Program-made: the position numbers and the translations under genes | From: Epiperipatus broadwayi | Lineage: Eukaryota > Animalia > Onychophora | Assembly: GCA_028023455.1 (NCBI GenBank) | Contig: JAQFVV010000001.1 | Span: forward strand, 34,658,001 to 34,722,000 | Direction of reading: 5' to 3' | Length of the DNA stretch: 64,000 nucleotides | Shown here: in pieces, positions 39,780-50,491 of the stretch | Position numbering within the stretch: position 1 is the stretch's first letter | Layout of the letters: every line of letters begins with the position of its first letter | The notes under the pieces: generated by a model | Seen by the model: the letters and a program-made list of their open reading frames with translations, nothing else | What the model was told of the DNA's origin: nothing | Databases searched by the model: none

Positions 39780-40470
39780 ATGACTGGATTGACCAGATGA
39801 AAGAAAGTAAATGTTTGATTGAAAGCAGAAATTAAGCAAGGGACAAATAATAAATACTTAATAACATTCAAAAGAACATTACATTCTTGGCACATAGAAT
39901 TAGAAGGAGTATTTTAGTACTAAAAACATGGCCAAGACCAGATTATTAATATGTAAACTTTGAACGAGTGAAAAATATAATCTTATAAGAGCTAAATAAC
40001 AAACTCAAGCTTTTGGAAATTGATTTGATATTTTGAATCTAACTACCAGTTGACCATTCAAAAAAGAATCTTGAGAAAAGTTTGAGTAAAACCATACAAT
40101 CACAAAAAGAAACCAAATATATATCAAAAGATTCATTGATATGTATGTATAAAGGGGAAAAAGTCAAAATGAAAAAAGTTTTATTAAAAGATTATTATAT
40201 TAAATTTATACAAAAAATTACAAGTGAAATTAAAGCAATATTGGTAAAAAAATATTAAAAACAAACTAGTTTGGAAAATTCAAAAAAATTGGCCATGTGT
40301 AGGTTTATTAAAAACTTTCAAAAGATAAAGATCCCAGATCAAGATGAGATGGAAGGATAATAGAAAAACATCAGGTACCTTATCAAAAAAAAAGTAAAGT
40401 CACTGGAATTGATGGTGCTGCAGAAATTTTTCAGGAAACTGAAAAAGAAAATAACTAAATTAATACAAAT
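39780..40470 (+). mobile_element. Decayed RTE-like LINE, C-terminal part of ORF2
   Basis: Broken motifs IESR..KQG, KLKLLEID, GHV and PRSR(W), in the order expected for RTE ORF2 C-termini. Confidence 0.45.
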
Positions 40471-40479
40471 TTCCACCAA

Positions 40480-41300
40480 TTGTTCTTCTCACTACTAGAT
40501 TTTATTTGCATTTATTTTTGCTTCAGACTTTCTACAAACTCTTCCAAATCTACATAACATTTTAAAATCTCATGATCTAGTGTTAATTCTATCAACAACA
40601 AAAACACTAAATTAGCATATATATATATATTAAACAACGCAAGTGATTAAAAACATCATTGTTTTATTCTTTTTATATATCAATATATTCTGTAAGAATA
40701 TCATTTAATCTTACAAACATCTATTTCATATACAAATTTCTTAATAAATGTCTTCTGATTTTTCCATCATATTTAATTTTTCCAACAAAGTAATTTAATT
40801 TAAATGCCTTTTAAGATCCATAAAGGAAATAATTATTATTTTGTTCTGTGTACATATCAAATGCATCTTTTTTAAATAAAATTGTTTTTCGGTATTCTTT
40901 TTAAGATCCTCAACAGTACTTTGCTTTCATGTGAAATAGTTAGGACTTTATTCTTATGGAAACATAATTTCAGACATCATTTAATTCAGTTAAATAATTT
41001 CCTCTTAATCTTTAATAATTCAACATAATTCTCATCAGTTCTATATTTTACTATTTTTCATTTTAGTTAAAGCTTTTATAACTTTTTCCGTAATTATTGC
41101 AAAACTTTAAGTCATTTTTCTCTAAAATTTTTGTACAATTAATGTTAATGAAGATTTGTAATTACTAGCATGCAAATTGTTTATGTATTCTTTCCATCCA
41201 TCTGCTTTCTTTACTATTAATTTATAATTTTTATCTTCAATTGTTATTTCATTTCTATGACTAATTTTCTCTTTCAAATTCTTTATTGTATTATATATAT
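40480..41300 (-). mobile_element. Decayed RTE-like LINE, RT motifs 1-5
   Basis: The minus strand gives STVE.., IISFMDLK(K)AF (~40805-40835) and LALFNI (~40630). The purine-rich bias continues to ~41560. Confidence 0.55.
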
Positions 41301-41685
41301 ATATAAAATTGTATCCACCTTCTTTTCATTCTTTTTCCAACCATTCTATCCTATCTTTTATATATACTTTTTTTTTAAAAAAATTATAATTTTCTTTTAC
41401 TTTGTTAGTCATGTTCTTACTAATTCAAGTCCTTTTTTAAGCCTTTTTGCTTTATTTCTTATTCAATCATCTACTGCCTTTATTGCATTATATTCAAAAA
41501 AAATTTTAATAAGTTTCATCAATTATCTTATTTATATAATTTTTTTAAAAATTTTCACAGATTTTTAACAGATATCAGATATTTTTTTATTGTATTAAAA
41601 ATGTTAACAATAAGTTTATTAATATAAAGACAGATATAATGAAAATTTTTATTTCACCACACATTCTTGCAATATATGAATAAAG

Positions 41686-41730
41686 ATGTATTTCATGCTG
41701 AAGCAGCATTCTTCAGATAGCCTGGTTCAC
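41686..41730 (-). ncRNA. Diverged, 3'-truncated hammerhead related to the repeat family
   Basis: Minus strand CTGAAGA ATGCTG-CTT-CAGCAT GAAA TACAT. Stem II is a perfect 6-bp helix with different sequence from the young copies. The 3' strand of stem I is missing. Confidence 0.55.
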
Positions 41731-42843
41731 AATCTTTTCCATATATCTTCATCATTTCTCGGTATTTATCAATATCAAATTATTATAATAAATCATTTGT
41801 TTATCAAAAGTTTGGAAAATATTTTTAATATATTAATTTATCTTTTTGTCTCATTTTTTACTTTTTAAAAGATAATTTCTATTCTATCCCTATTAAATTG
41901 TGATGTGAATCTCTATCAGTTATGTACATCTTTAATACTTTAATCTAATTTGAATATAACCTAATTGTAATTATTTTTATTATTTAGAGTAGGAATCTCC
42001 AAAATTTTCATCATGAGGGCCAAATTGTTTATTTCAGTACTTTCACTGGTCTGTAAAAAAACGGAAAATTTATTGTCTTTACAAATCACACATATGACAT
42101 TATCCTTTGATTTTGATTGTATGAAGAAGTATTTTACATTTCACTCATCATTAGACACATATTCATCATCAATTTTTCTTTTACCAACTAATGTTAAAAC
42201 AAAAAATAAGTTTATACATAATTATGAAATTACTAAAAAGTAATTTACAAGAAAGTATCTAAATAAGTGGAAATGCACTTTTAAATGAAAAGATATGCAG
42301 TTATAAATTAAGTATTACATTTCACTACTGCACTGAATATTGCAAGAATTCTTATTGACAATCATTTGTAATGGGTATCAATAGAGACAAAATACCTAAA
42401 GACTAGCAATGAAATTATAGATTCAATTTAAAGATTAATGTCACAGTAGCAGAGCCATTGACAACACTGTGAATTGATAATATTGATCAAGGTGAACAAG
42501 AATGAAGAAATGCCATAATAAGTACAGTTGTGGTTCAGTAGTAATAAACTTATAAATTATATAATATGGAATTTTAACATAATTTTAATTAATGCCTTTG
42601 AAATCTATTAACATTCCATGTTATTTGCAGATTCTCATTGAAAAATTAGATTAACATCTCAAGTAAAATACTCTGCCTGTCAATTTTTGAATAGAATCTA
42701 GAAAATCTTTCATTAAATACTTTTCTACATTTGTCATTTTATTTTTACAATTAAATCTTTTTTTATATATATTATATAAATAATTTTAATGTTTTAAATT
42801 TCAAATATAAGCTACCATGTGATACTATTTTTAATCATATATA

Positions 42844-43712
42844 CACTTGGGTCTCGTTTTATGCGGATTATTTTAATTTGATTTTGAAGTTATGCGATTT
42901 ATATTTCTTTTTAATATCTTCCATATTTTACTATATTTATTAGATATCAAGAAATTTAAATTATTAATAATTTATTTTTACTTGAAATACTTTTTTTTTT
43001 TTTCAAAAATATAACGTTATATTAGCAGCTAACGTGAATATGGCCTGAAGCTGTGTTTAGAACTTAGCTTCTATGTAAATAACCTATTTATACTAATGAG
43101 TAAATAATAATAATAGATTTATACTTACATATAAAAATATCACAATAAATATTCAACAAATTTAAACTTTTAAAACATATTATGTTATATATAACAGAAA
43201 TAAGTAATCTTTTTAGATTTTTAAAATAAAAAACAGAAAATTTTATAAACTGAAAATAATCTTTCTAATAATAATGTTTTGATTGCCATCTCATTTTTTT
43301 AATATAGAAACAGAAAACCGTTAACAGAGCACAAGACTGAAAATGGTGCTAGTTGTACATCACATCGTGAATAAAAATAAAGTGGCTTAACAGGTTTCTC
43401 TGTGCATAATTGCTGAGAGATTCTTGACTTCGTTTAAGGAGAAACCACAATACATCACATCAAATTTGATTTCTTACCAGTTGACAAATGAACACTAGTG
43501 GTAATAATTAAAATATGTATGAAAAATGTAAAATTAAATGCTGTAGTAATAAAAAAAAGTTTGTCTTGTATTAATATTTTTCAAATATTTGGAATTTTTT
43601 ATTAATCATACTTTCTCCATTTCTCAAGGTAAATTAAGTCTATTTTTGTGCAATTTTTTTTATTGCGGGTTTTCTGTGGAACTTATCTACAGCATAAAAT
43701 GAGACCCAGGTG
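42844..43712 (-). mobile_element. Non-autonomous Tc1/mariner-superfamily element, copy 2 (869 bp, inverted relative to copy 1)
   Basis: TIRs CACTTGGGTCTCGTTTTATGC / GCATAAAATGAGACCCAGGTG with TA flanks. Subterminal and internal blocks match 22373-23294 in reverse. Confidence 0.8.
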
Positions 43713-44761
43713 TAATATTTTTTAAATATGAAAATAAATATCTAAATGAAGTTGTCACCTGTTATAATGGATCATGCTGTTATTGCATGTAATTTATATA
43801 TTCAAATATCAGAAGAACAAAATATTAGATATTTGAATTTTATGTTGTTAAAAGAGGATATATTTAGGATTAGCTATCATCAAAAAAAGAAAACATTTCT
43901 AAAAGTTAATAAATTATTTCCTGTTAGTAAAATTTTAAAGAGTATTCTATTTACTATTTTTTCAAAAGCTTTTTTTTTTACCAAATAGAAACTTCTGATA
44001 ACCATAAACAACTTTCAAGAGTTGACTTTTTAAAAATAAAGTGTTTTCATAGATAATTTCCTATTAGTGATGAAGTTTTTGGTTTAAAAATAAAATCTTT
44101 GCACAAAGATTAAATCATAATCATTAATATGTAAAATAATATTTTTTATGAATCTAAAATTTAATAATTTAGCCTCAGACTAAAACACCCAAACAATCAG
44201 AAATTATCCACTTCCTTCATAGCTTTATCATAATATATATAGGGTACTATCAATCACACAAAAAACCCATAAATTCTGACATCTTCAGGTTTTTTTAGAA
44301 ATTAATATGTTAAAATAGGTGCAGTGGGAAAAAGAGAAGTTGCAATCTGTAATTTAAGGTTATAGATAGACTTAAGCAATATAGAAAATATAGAGATTGC
44401 AACACCATTATAATGTCAACTCAATCAAAGACACCATTTGATTTTGATTAAACACTTCCACAATTCTTTCACAGGCTTAATAAAATCCCTTCACAATTCT
44501 TTCACAGGCTGAATAAAATCAATTCAGGCTGGATATGGCCAGAAAACTGTAATTTGAATACCCCAGATTTAGAGCATTCCATTAGTATAGTCTGGTGATT
44601 TTTAAAACCATGTAATTATTATACTATTTTCTCTGCAACAACCTATCAAACTTTTACTTTCCGCTATTCTTATTTTTAATATATAGGGTATATGAGCACA
44701 GACTTTCACATGACCCTCCACACTATCTCATAACACTGATACATTTATGTTGAAAAGATAA

Positions 44762-44820
44762 ATAATCACCAATACACATATTTCATGCTAAACCAGCAAT
44801 CATCAGTTAGTCCAGATTAC
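44762..44820 (-). ncRNA. Type I hammerhead ribozyme, copy D1
   Basis: Minus strand GTAATC-TGG-ACTAA CTGATGA TTGCTGGTTTAGCAT GAAA TATGTG TA TTGGT-GATTAT. The changes give G-U wobbles in stems I and III. Confidence 0.75.
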
Positions 44821-45230
44821 CATCTCCACACATATATGCTATAAGTGCTCAGATATATATTAAGATAGCCAATCCTCATACTTTAATGGACAGGCTTCAG
44901 TCTACTCTACACTCCAACTTTTCAACTGTCCATCCAATTGAAAATCTGATGATGGAATGCTCAAAGGCCACCCTAAGGCTGAGATTCTTGTCACACCCAT
45001 GTTGACCTAAAGTCAATCTGACCCCTCATACACAGGACATAATGTATTTAATACATGGGATGGGCAGACATCTCTACTATGTAATAACTGAAACACACAG
45101 GCTTATTATATAGCTGGGTTTATATATGTAATATATAGGGTATATGAGCACAGACTTTCACATGACCCACCATTCTCCACACTATCTCATAACACTGATA
45201 CACTTGAACACATATATGTTGAAAAGATAA

Positions 45231-45289
45231 ATAATCACCAATATACGTATTTCATGCTAAACCAGCAATCATCAGTTGGTCCAGATTAC
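45231..45289 (-). ncRNA. Type I hammerhead ribozyme, copy D2 (best preserved)
   Basis: Minus strand GTAATC-TGG-ACCAA CTGATGA TTGCTGGTTTAGCAT GAAA TACGTA TA TTGGT-GATTAT. Stem III is palindromic (ATACGTAT). Predicted cleavage is after AUA, between 45242 and 45241. Confidence 0.85.
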
Positions 45290-46578
45290 CATCTCCACAC
45301 ATATATGCTATAAGTGCTCAGATATATATTAAGATAGCCAATCCTCATACTTTAATGGATAGACTTCAATCTACTCTTCACCCCAACTTTTCAACTGTCC
45401 ATCCAATTGAAAATCTGATAATGGAACGCTCAAAGGCCACCCTAAGGCCAAGATTCTTGTCACACCCATTCTTATTTTTTATAATTTTTTCCAATTTTTA
45501 TCATATTTTCTCTATCCAACCATATAGCATTCCAATTCCTCATTGTTGTCATTGAAAAGAAATATAAAAATGCGTATAATACTTTTCCTATTTATTTGTA
45601 TATTTTTTTTATATTTCAGTCTGATCATTGGTTGACCTGAATGCCTACAAAATTCTTTGAATATGCTTTCAATATAATCATTAATAACCCTAGAATTTAT
45701 CAAAAATTCTATAAAAAATTTTTTGTTTTTGGGTGTAAAACAACATCACTTCAGTATTTTTATTTTTACCTCCAAAAACAATTCTTATATCTGTTTTTTT
45801 TTTCCTCCATCTTGTTTCACTTTATTTTATAATAGCTGATTTTTTATTTGTGTCTGTATTTATCTATTTTATGTGCCTTCATTATGGTCCCAGCATTTCA
45901 TGAACTGATTTTTTAATTACAAAGATCTTGGATAAAGGTGCAATGTTGATCATTATCCCAATGCTGGGATTTTCATTTATTTTCCAAGTAATTCACAAAT
46001 ATTTTAATCCATTTATCTATGCTTGTTGTATGCAATTTTTTGATGCAATTACATGATGGATACAATAGGTTAAGAGATATTATGATTTTTCGATTCTTCC
46101 AATAACTCATTCATTTATGTCAATTACTACAGAAAAGTAGCTCTTTTGTTAAAAGTCTATATTTGTTTATTAGGAAGATTAATAGTGCTTCTTGTATATC
46201 TTCTTTTTTTTTCTTGAATTATTTCAGGTTTTTTTTTTTTTTTGGCATATTCTAGTCACATCCCATTAATTAGTTGTTTATGTTATTACATAATAATTAA
46301 TTGCTATTAAAATGTTTGAGATTTTGTTTGCCAAAATGTTTGAGATTTTGTTTGCCTAAAGGTTTGTGATGGTGGTGTATTAGATGTGATAATATGTTGG
46401 ATTATTTCCATCATCTATCAGTAGATGTTGAATGTATAGAAATTTTTTAAAACTTTATTTAAATTTTTCAAATACAAACAACTAGTTAGTAATAATACAC
46501 AAATAGACAATACATGTTAGTAATGGCACAATGTTTTGAATAGTATTCTTCAGGTGTTGCTGGCCTGACCACTGACAG

Positions 46579-46664
46579 TATTAGTGTAAGAGTCGAACTC
46601 ACATCTTTAGATTCTTGAATAACAAATTTAAAGCAAATGCTCTAACCAATTGAGCTATTCTATC
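46579..46664 (-). pseudogene. tRNA-derived sequence (SINE head or tRNA pseudogene) with Pol III A and B boxes
   Basis: Minus strand: A box TAGCTCAATTGGTTAGAGC (46657-46639, D stem GCTC/GAGC) and T arm GTGAG-TTCGACT-CTTAC. There are ~13 extra nt between the boxes. The acceptor and anticodon stems do not pair, so it is not a functional tRNA. Confidence 0.65.
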
Positions 46665-46893
46665 AAAGGCAACAGATAGAAATTTTATATATTTATATAT
46701 GAGAGTTGGTTCAAATCCTCCTGAGTCCTTTTTTTATCTAAGAGCAAGGTTAATTAGAGGTTTCCATACATTGTGTATTGCCATACTGGATTGATTTATA
46801 GGATTATTTGTGGTTGTCATATGAGCAGTTTCCTTGAATTTTCTTCTTTGTACTTTTTCCTCTATATCCAATATTTTTTATATTTTCCCAATT

Positions 46894-46944
46894 AAACATT
46901 CTCATTGGTGTATATATATATATATATAAACATTCTCATTGGTG

Positions 46945-46980
<36 letters not shown>
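46894..46980. repeat. (TA)n/(TG)n microsatellite with a slippage duplication of aaacattctcattggtg
   Basis: Read directly from the sequence. Confidence 0.9.
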
Positions 46981-46981
<1 letters not shown>

Positions 46982-49900
46982 TCTGCTACTGGAGATACAT
47001 CTGTTTTTTTTCTCATTTAACTATTAGTTTGTGCTATTTCTATACATTAAATATTTATTGATAGATGATGGAAATAGTCCAACATGTTATCACATCTTAT
47101 TTTTTTGGTGTTTATTAATAACAGATTATGTAAATATGATATACAATTATAATTACTATGGGTATCAAATAAAAGATCAGAAAACACAGTGAAGACAGTT
47201 GGCAAAAAAATATACAAATCCCATGAGGATGAGAGCTGGGGATAGCAGTTTAAGATAATAGTTTGAAATCTTGCATATTATTTTGAGGTGGAGAATTGTA
47301 ATTATCTAGGCTTTTGTAAAAAGTTGAATAAAATTAGAATTAAGTAAGATCATAGTTTGACAATCAATAGCTTATATATTTATTTAAAAAGTTACCATTT
47401 AGAATAAATAATTAACATATACATATTTGATTACTATTGAGTTGTCAATGATGAAGCTTGATATCTACCTCAAAAGTTGTGAGAAATTAATCTTTGAAAT
47501 TATAATTCTGTGAATTTTTATCTTATGTTGACAGGTGTAAGAGATTAGTTATTTTAATTTGTGATATCGATTCCTATTTTATTCCATAGATAGCATTTTA
47601 TTATTACTTAGATGCTTACATGGTATATTATAATACAGGTTGTACTTCATTATTTTGACATGCTTGATTCTCGATTCCTTTTAGATTAAGAAAATTTATG
47701 AAAATTAACTAAGTCACTCAACTGTAATAATAAAAGTCACATGGGTAAATACTTAAAAATTAAACACCATATTAGTGTAATTTAATTGTAACTTATAAAC
47801 AAATGTTGATCTTCAAAAATAAAATAAGTAAATTTAAATCCATTACTTATATTTACTTAATTATTGAAAAAAATTATATTGTTACGTGCTAGAAATTTAA
47901 TGGACTAAAAAAGTTGAACCACTTTTATATATTTCATAAATTATGTGCTTTTAAAATTAATAAAACTTAAAAAGTATTTCTGTGTCATACTCATCTGATT
48001 TTTATTTAATACCCTTGCATTAATATAGTTGTTGGATCTTTCAAATACTTTTCTTTGTAAATATAAATGATCTCATCAAAAAAATAATAATTAAAAAGAA
48101 AATGCAATCACATATAGTAATAAAATGTGGTAAAAATAAATTGAAAATGTGAAATTAGCTAAAATACAATTATATAATTTTTATTTAATAGTTTTGCAAT
48201 TAGAGAATTGTTAGATCATTTAAATATTTTTTTTTTTTACAAATATAATCTTAGTGCAAAAAAAAAAAAAGTTTCATTCATTTACATTATTATAAAAAAA
48301 CTTTGACCACATACAGTAATTAAGTGGGCCAAAATTAAATTGAAAAGTGTATGCTGTACATTACAGTTATTAATATTATTTTTATTCAATGTGATATTTT
48401 AGTTCATAACAAAAAAATTAAAATGTAAATTAGAAAAACATCATATAATATATAAATTAGAAAAATGTACATTGCATTTACTTACATATTTTTTGCATGG
48501 TTTATTTTAATACATTACAATTCAATGATATTTGTCTCAATGACATGATTTCAAGATGGTGACCACAATTATGAAATATGTAAAATTAATGCTAAAAATC
48601 ACACAAGCATAAGAGCTGCTGTTTTGTGCTTGTTAAAAACATTGTTTATACTTTATATTTATACACAGCTGGGTTTTTTATTAATATGCCTATTAAAATA
48701 TTTATTCATTAATTATTTTTTTAAACAGATGTTCAAAGTTTATAACATTTTAAATCAATAATAATAATAAGTTAACTTTTTAATCATAAAACATCATTAT
48801 AACCACTTATTTTTTTATATGTTGTCCTTGATTTGCAAAGAGTTTTATGGAATCTTTTGCCTTTGTTACTGGATCTAATAATATTCTTAAAAATACCGCT
48901 TTAAAATAATTGCATGTATATCAAGAATGTCAGGTATGATGACTTAACTGTAACTAAATAGTATTAAATATTAACAACTGGTATCCATAGTATAAAGAAT
49001 TAATAACACTAAATTATAATCATAAATTTAATGTACTACTTGTATGTTCTTTTATAGCTTTTTTCTGGTGAATAACATAACTTTAGATATTATAACAATT
49101 AAACAAATATGAGAAATATATCCTTATAATTTAAAATTAATTCAGTCTTTAAAAAGTTCAAAATATTCTAACACAAACTTTTCAAAATATTTGAAAGAAA
49201 TTAAATCTTTCGTGTTTTGAGTGGCAAAATCCTAATGAATGGGTGAAAGAAATTTTAATCCTTATAATATAATAATTAGTAATAAAGTTTGAGCTTTAAA
49301 AATACAATCCTATAATAATGAATTAAAAATTATTCCTGAGAATTGCAATAAGGTGTTTTAATTCTTTGAATTTGGGCTAGCTTTCATAAATTATAACTTT
49401 TCTCAAATATTTATGATAATTCATTTTAACAATAGTTATCAAATATAAAAAAAAAATTTTTTCAGGCAAAGATAAAATTCATTATTTAAAATTCATTTTT
49501 AATAATAATTGTCCAATATATAGGTGTTATGTGGAAAAATTTAGGTTCCTGTAGTAATTATAACATCAAGCAAATATTTGGAGAATAGATAAGAGAGTAA
49601 TGTGGTTTAAATAAAAATAGGCCTGAACTAATTTTCAAATTTTGTATTTAAATCCAAGTTATAAAATTTCATTCCATTTAAAGTGTATTACAGGATGATG
49701 AACATGGCTAGATATTTAGTTTTCCATTAAGAACATTTTGAGCTACATTTGCCATACAAAAACAAATTATTATCTGGTTCTCTATTCCATTATCACTGTA
49801 ATGCAAGATGTCAATATAGTTAACTTTAAATTTAAGTCCAATACAATTCATTTGCAATTAATTAATAAAGAATTCTAAACAATTTTGAACCCATAAGTGT

Positions 49901-50181
49901 ATTCATCATATGATTAATGAGATTATCTTTTTATTCAAAATTGTTCACTCTTTTGGCTTTTTATGAAAAATTTTATCATTGTTGCCAGGATATGATATGA
50001 AGCATGCATTTTTTGGAAGTTTTAAAATTTATAAGGAAACCATTTTAAAATTGACAAAATAATATGTTAAAATATCCTATTACATTAATTAATAAAAAAA
50101 AGTAACATTATTTTACAAACAAATATATTTTGAAATATGAATTTTTTTCCCCTACAGAACAGGGTTTTTCATACCTGCACT

Positions 50182-50491
50182 TATATATATAATATGTAGG
50201 AGGTTTGAACTCAGACTTTCACATGACCCTCAACTGTCCATGCTATCTCATACCACTGATACATTTGATCACACACATGTTGAAAAGATAAATAATCACC
50301 AATATAAGTATTTTGTGCTAAATCAGCACTCGTCTGTTGGCCCAGATTATCATCTCCACACATATATACAATCAATGCTCAGCTTATATTAAGATAGACA
50401 ATCTTCATACTTTAATGGACAGGCTTCAAACTACTACACCCCACCAACTCTTCAGCCATCCATTTCATTGAAAAACTGATGATGGAATGCT
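50182..50491 (-). mobile_element. Older diverged copy of the hammerhead-bearing repeat family
   Basis: Collinear with the 44.7 kb copy from cagactttcacatgacc to ctgatgatggaatgct. No clear TSD. Confidence 0.8.
50292..50350 (-). ncRNA. Type I hammerhead, copy E (core mutated)
   Basis: Minus strand ATAATC-TGG-GCCAA CAGACGA GTGCT-GATTT-AGCAC AAAA TACTTA TA TTGGT-GATTAT. It has the canonical G-C closing pair of stem II, but the core boxes are mutated. Confidence 0.65.

Larger units (their letters stand above)
44678..45467 (-). mobile_element. Retrozyme-like insertion, ~1.7 tandem units
   Basis: Flanked by the 12-bp direct repeat ATTCTTATTTTT (44666-44677, 45468-45479). Its two ribozyme copies are 469 bp apart. 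Confidence 0.85.
46381..47099. mobile_element. MITE-like element with ~62-bp TIRs
   Basis: 46381-46443 is the near-exact reverse complement of 47036-47099. The TSD is not clear. Confidence 0.65.

Noticed and set aside
44940-44995. Opposite-polarity hammerhead at the plus-strand CTGATGA conserved in the repeat unit (also 30965, 50477)
   Set aside because: It is followed by GAGA rather than GAAA, and there are no stem I or stem III pairings.
46579-46664. Functional intron-containing or suppressor tRNA gene
   Set aside because: The acceptor and anticodon stems are unpaired. Kept only as a tRNA-derived sequence.
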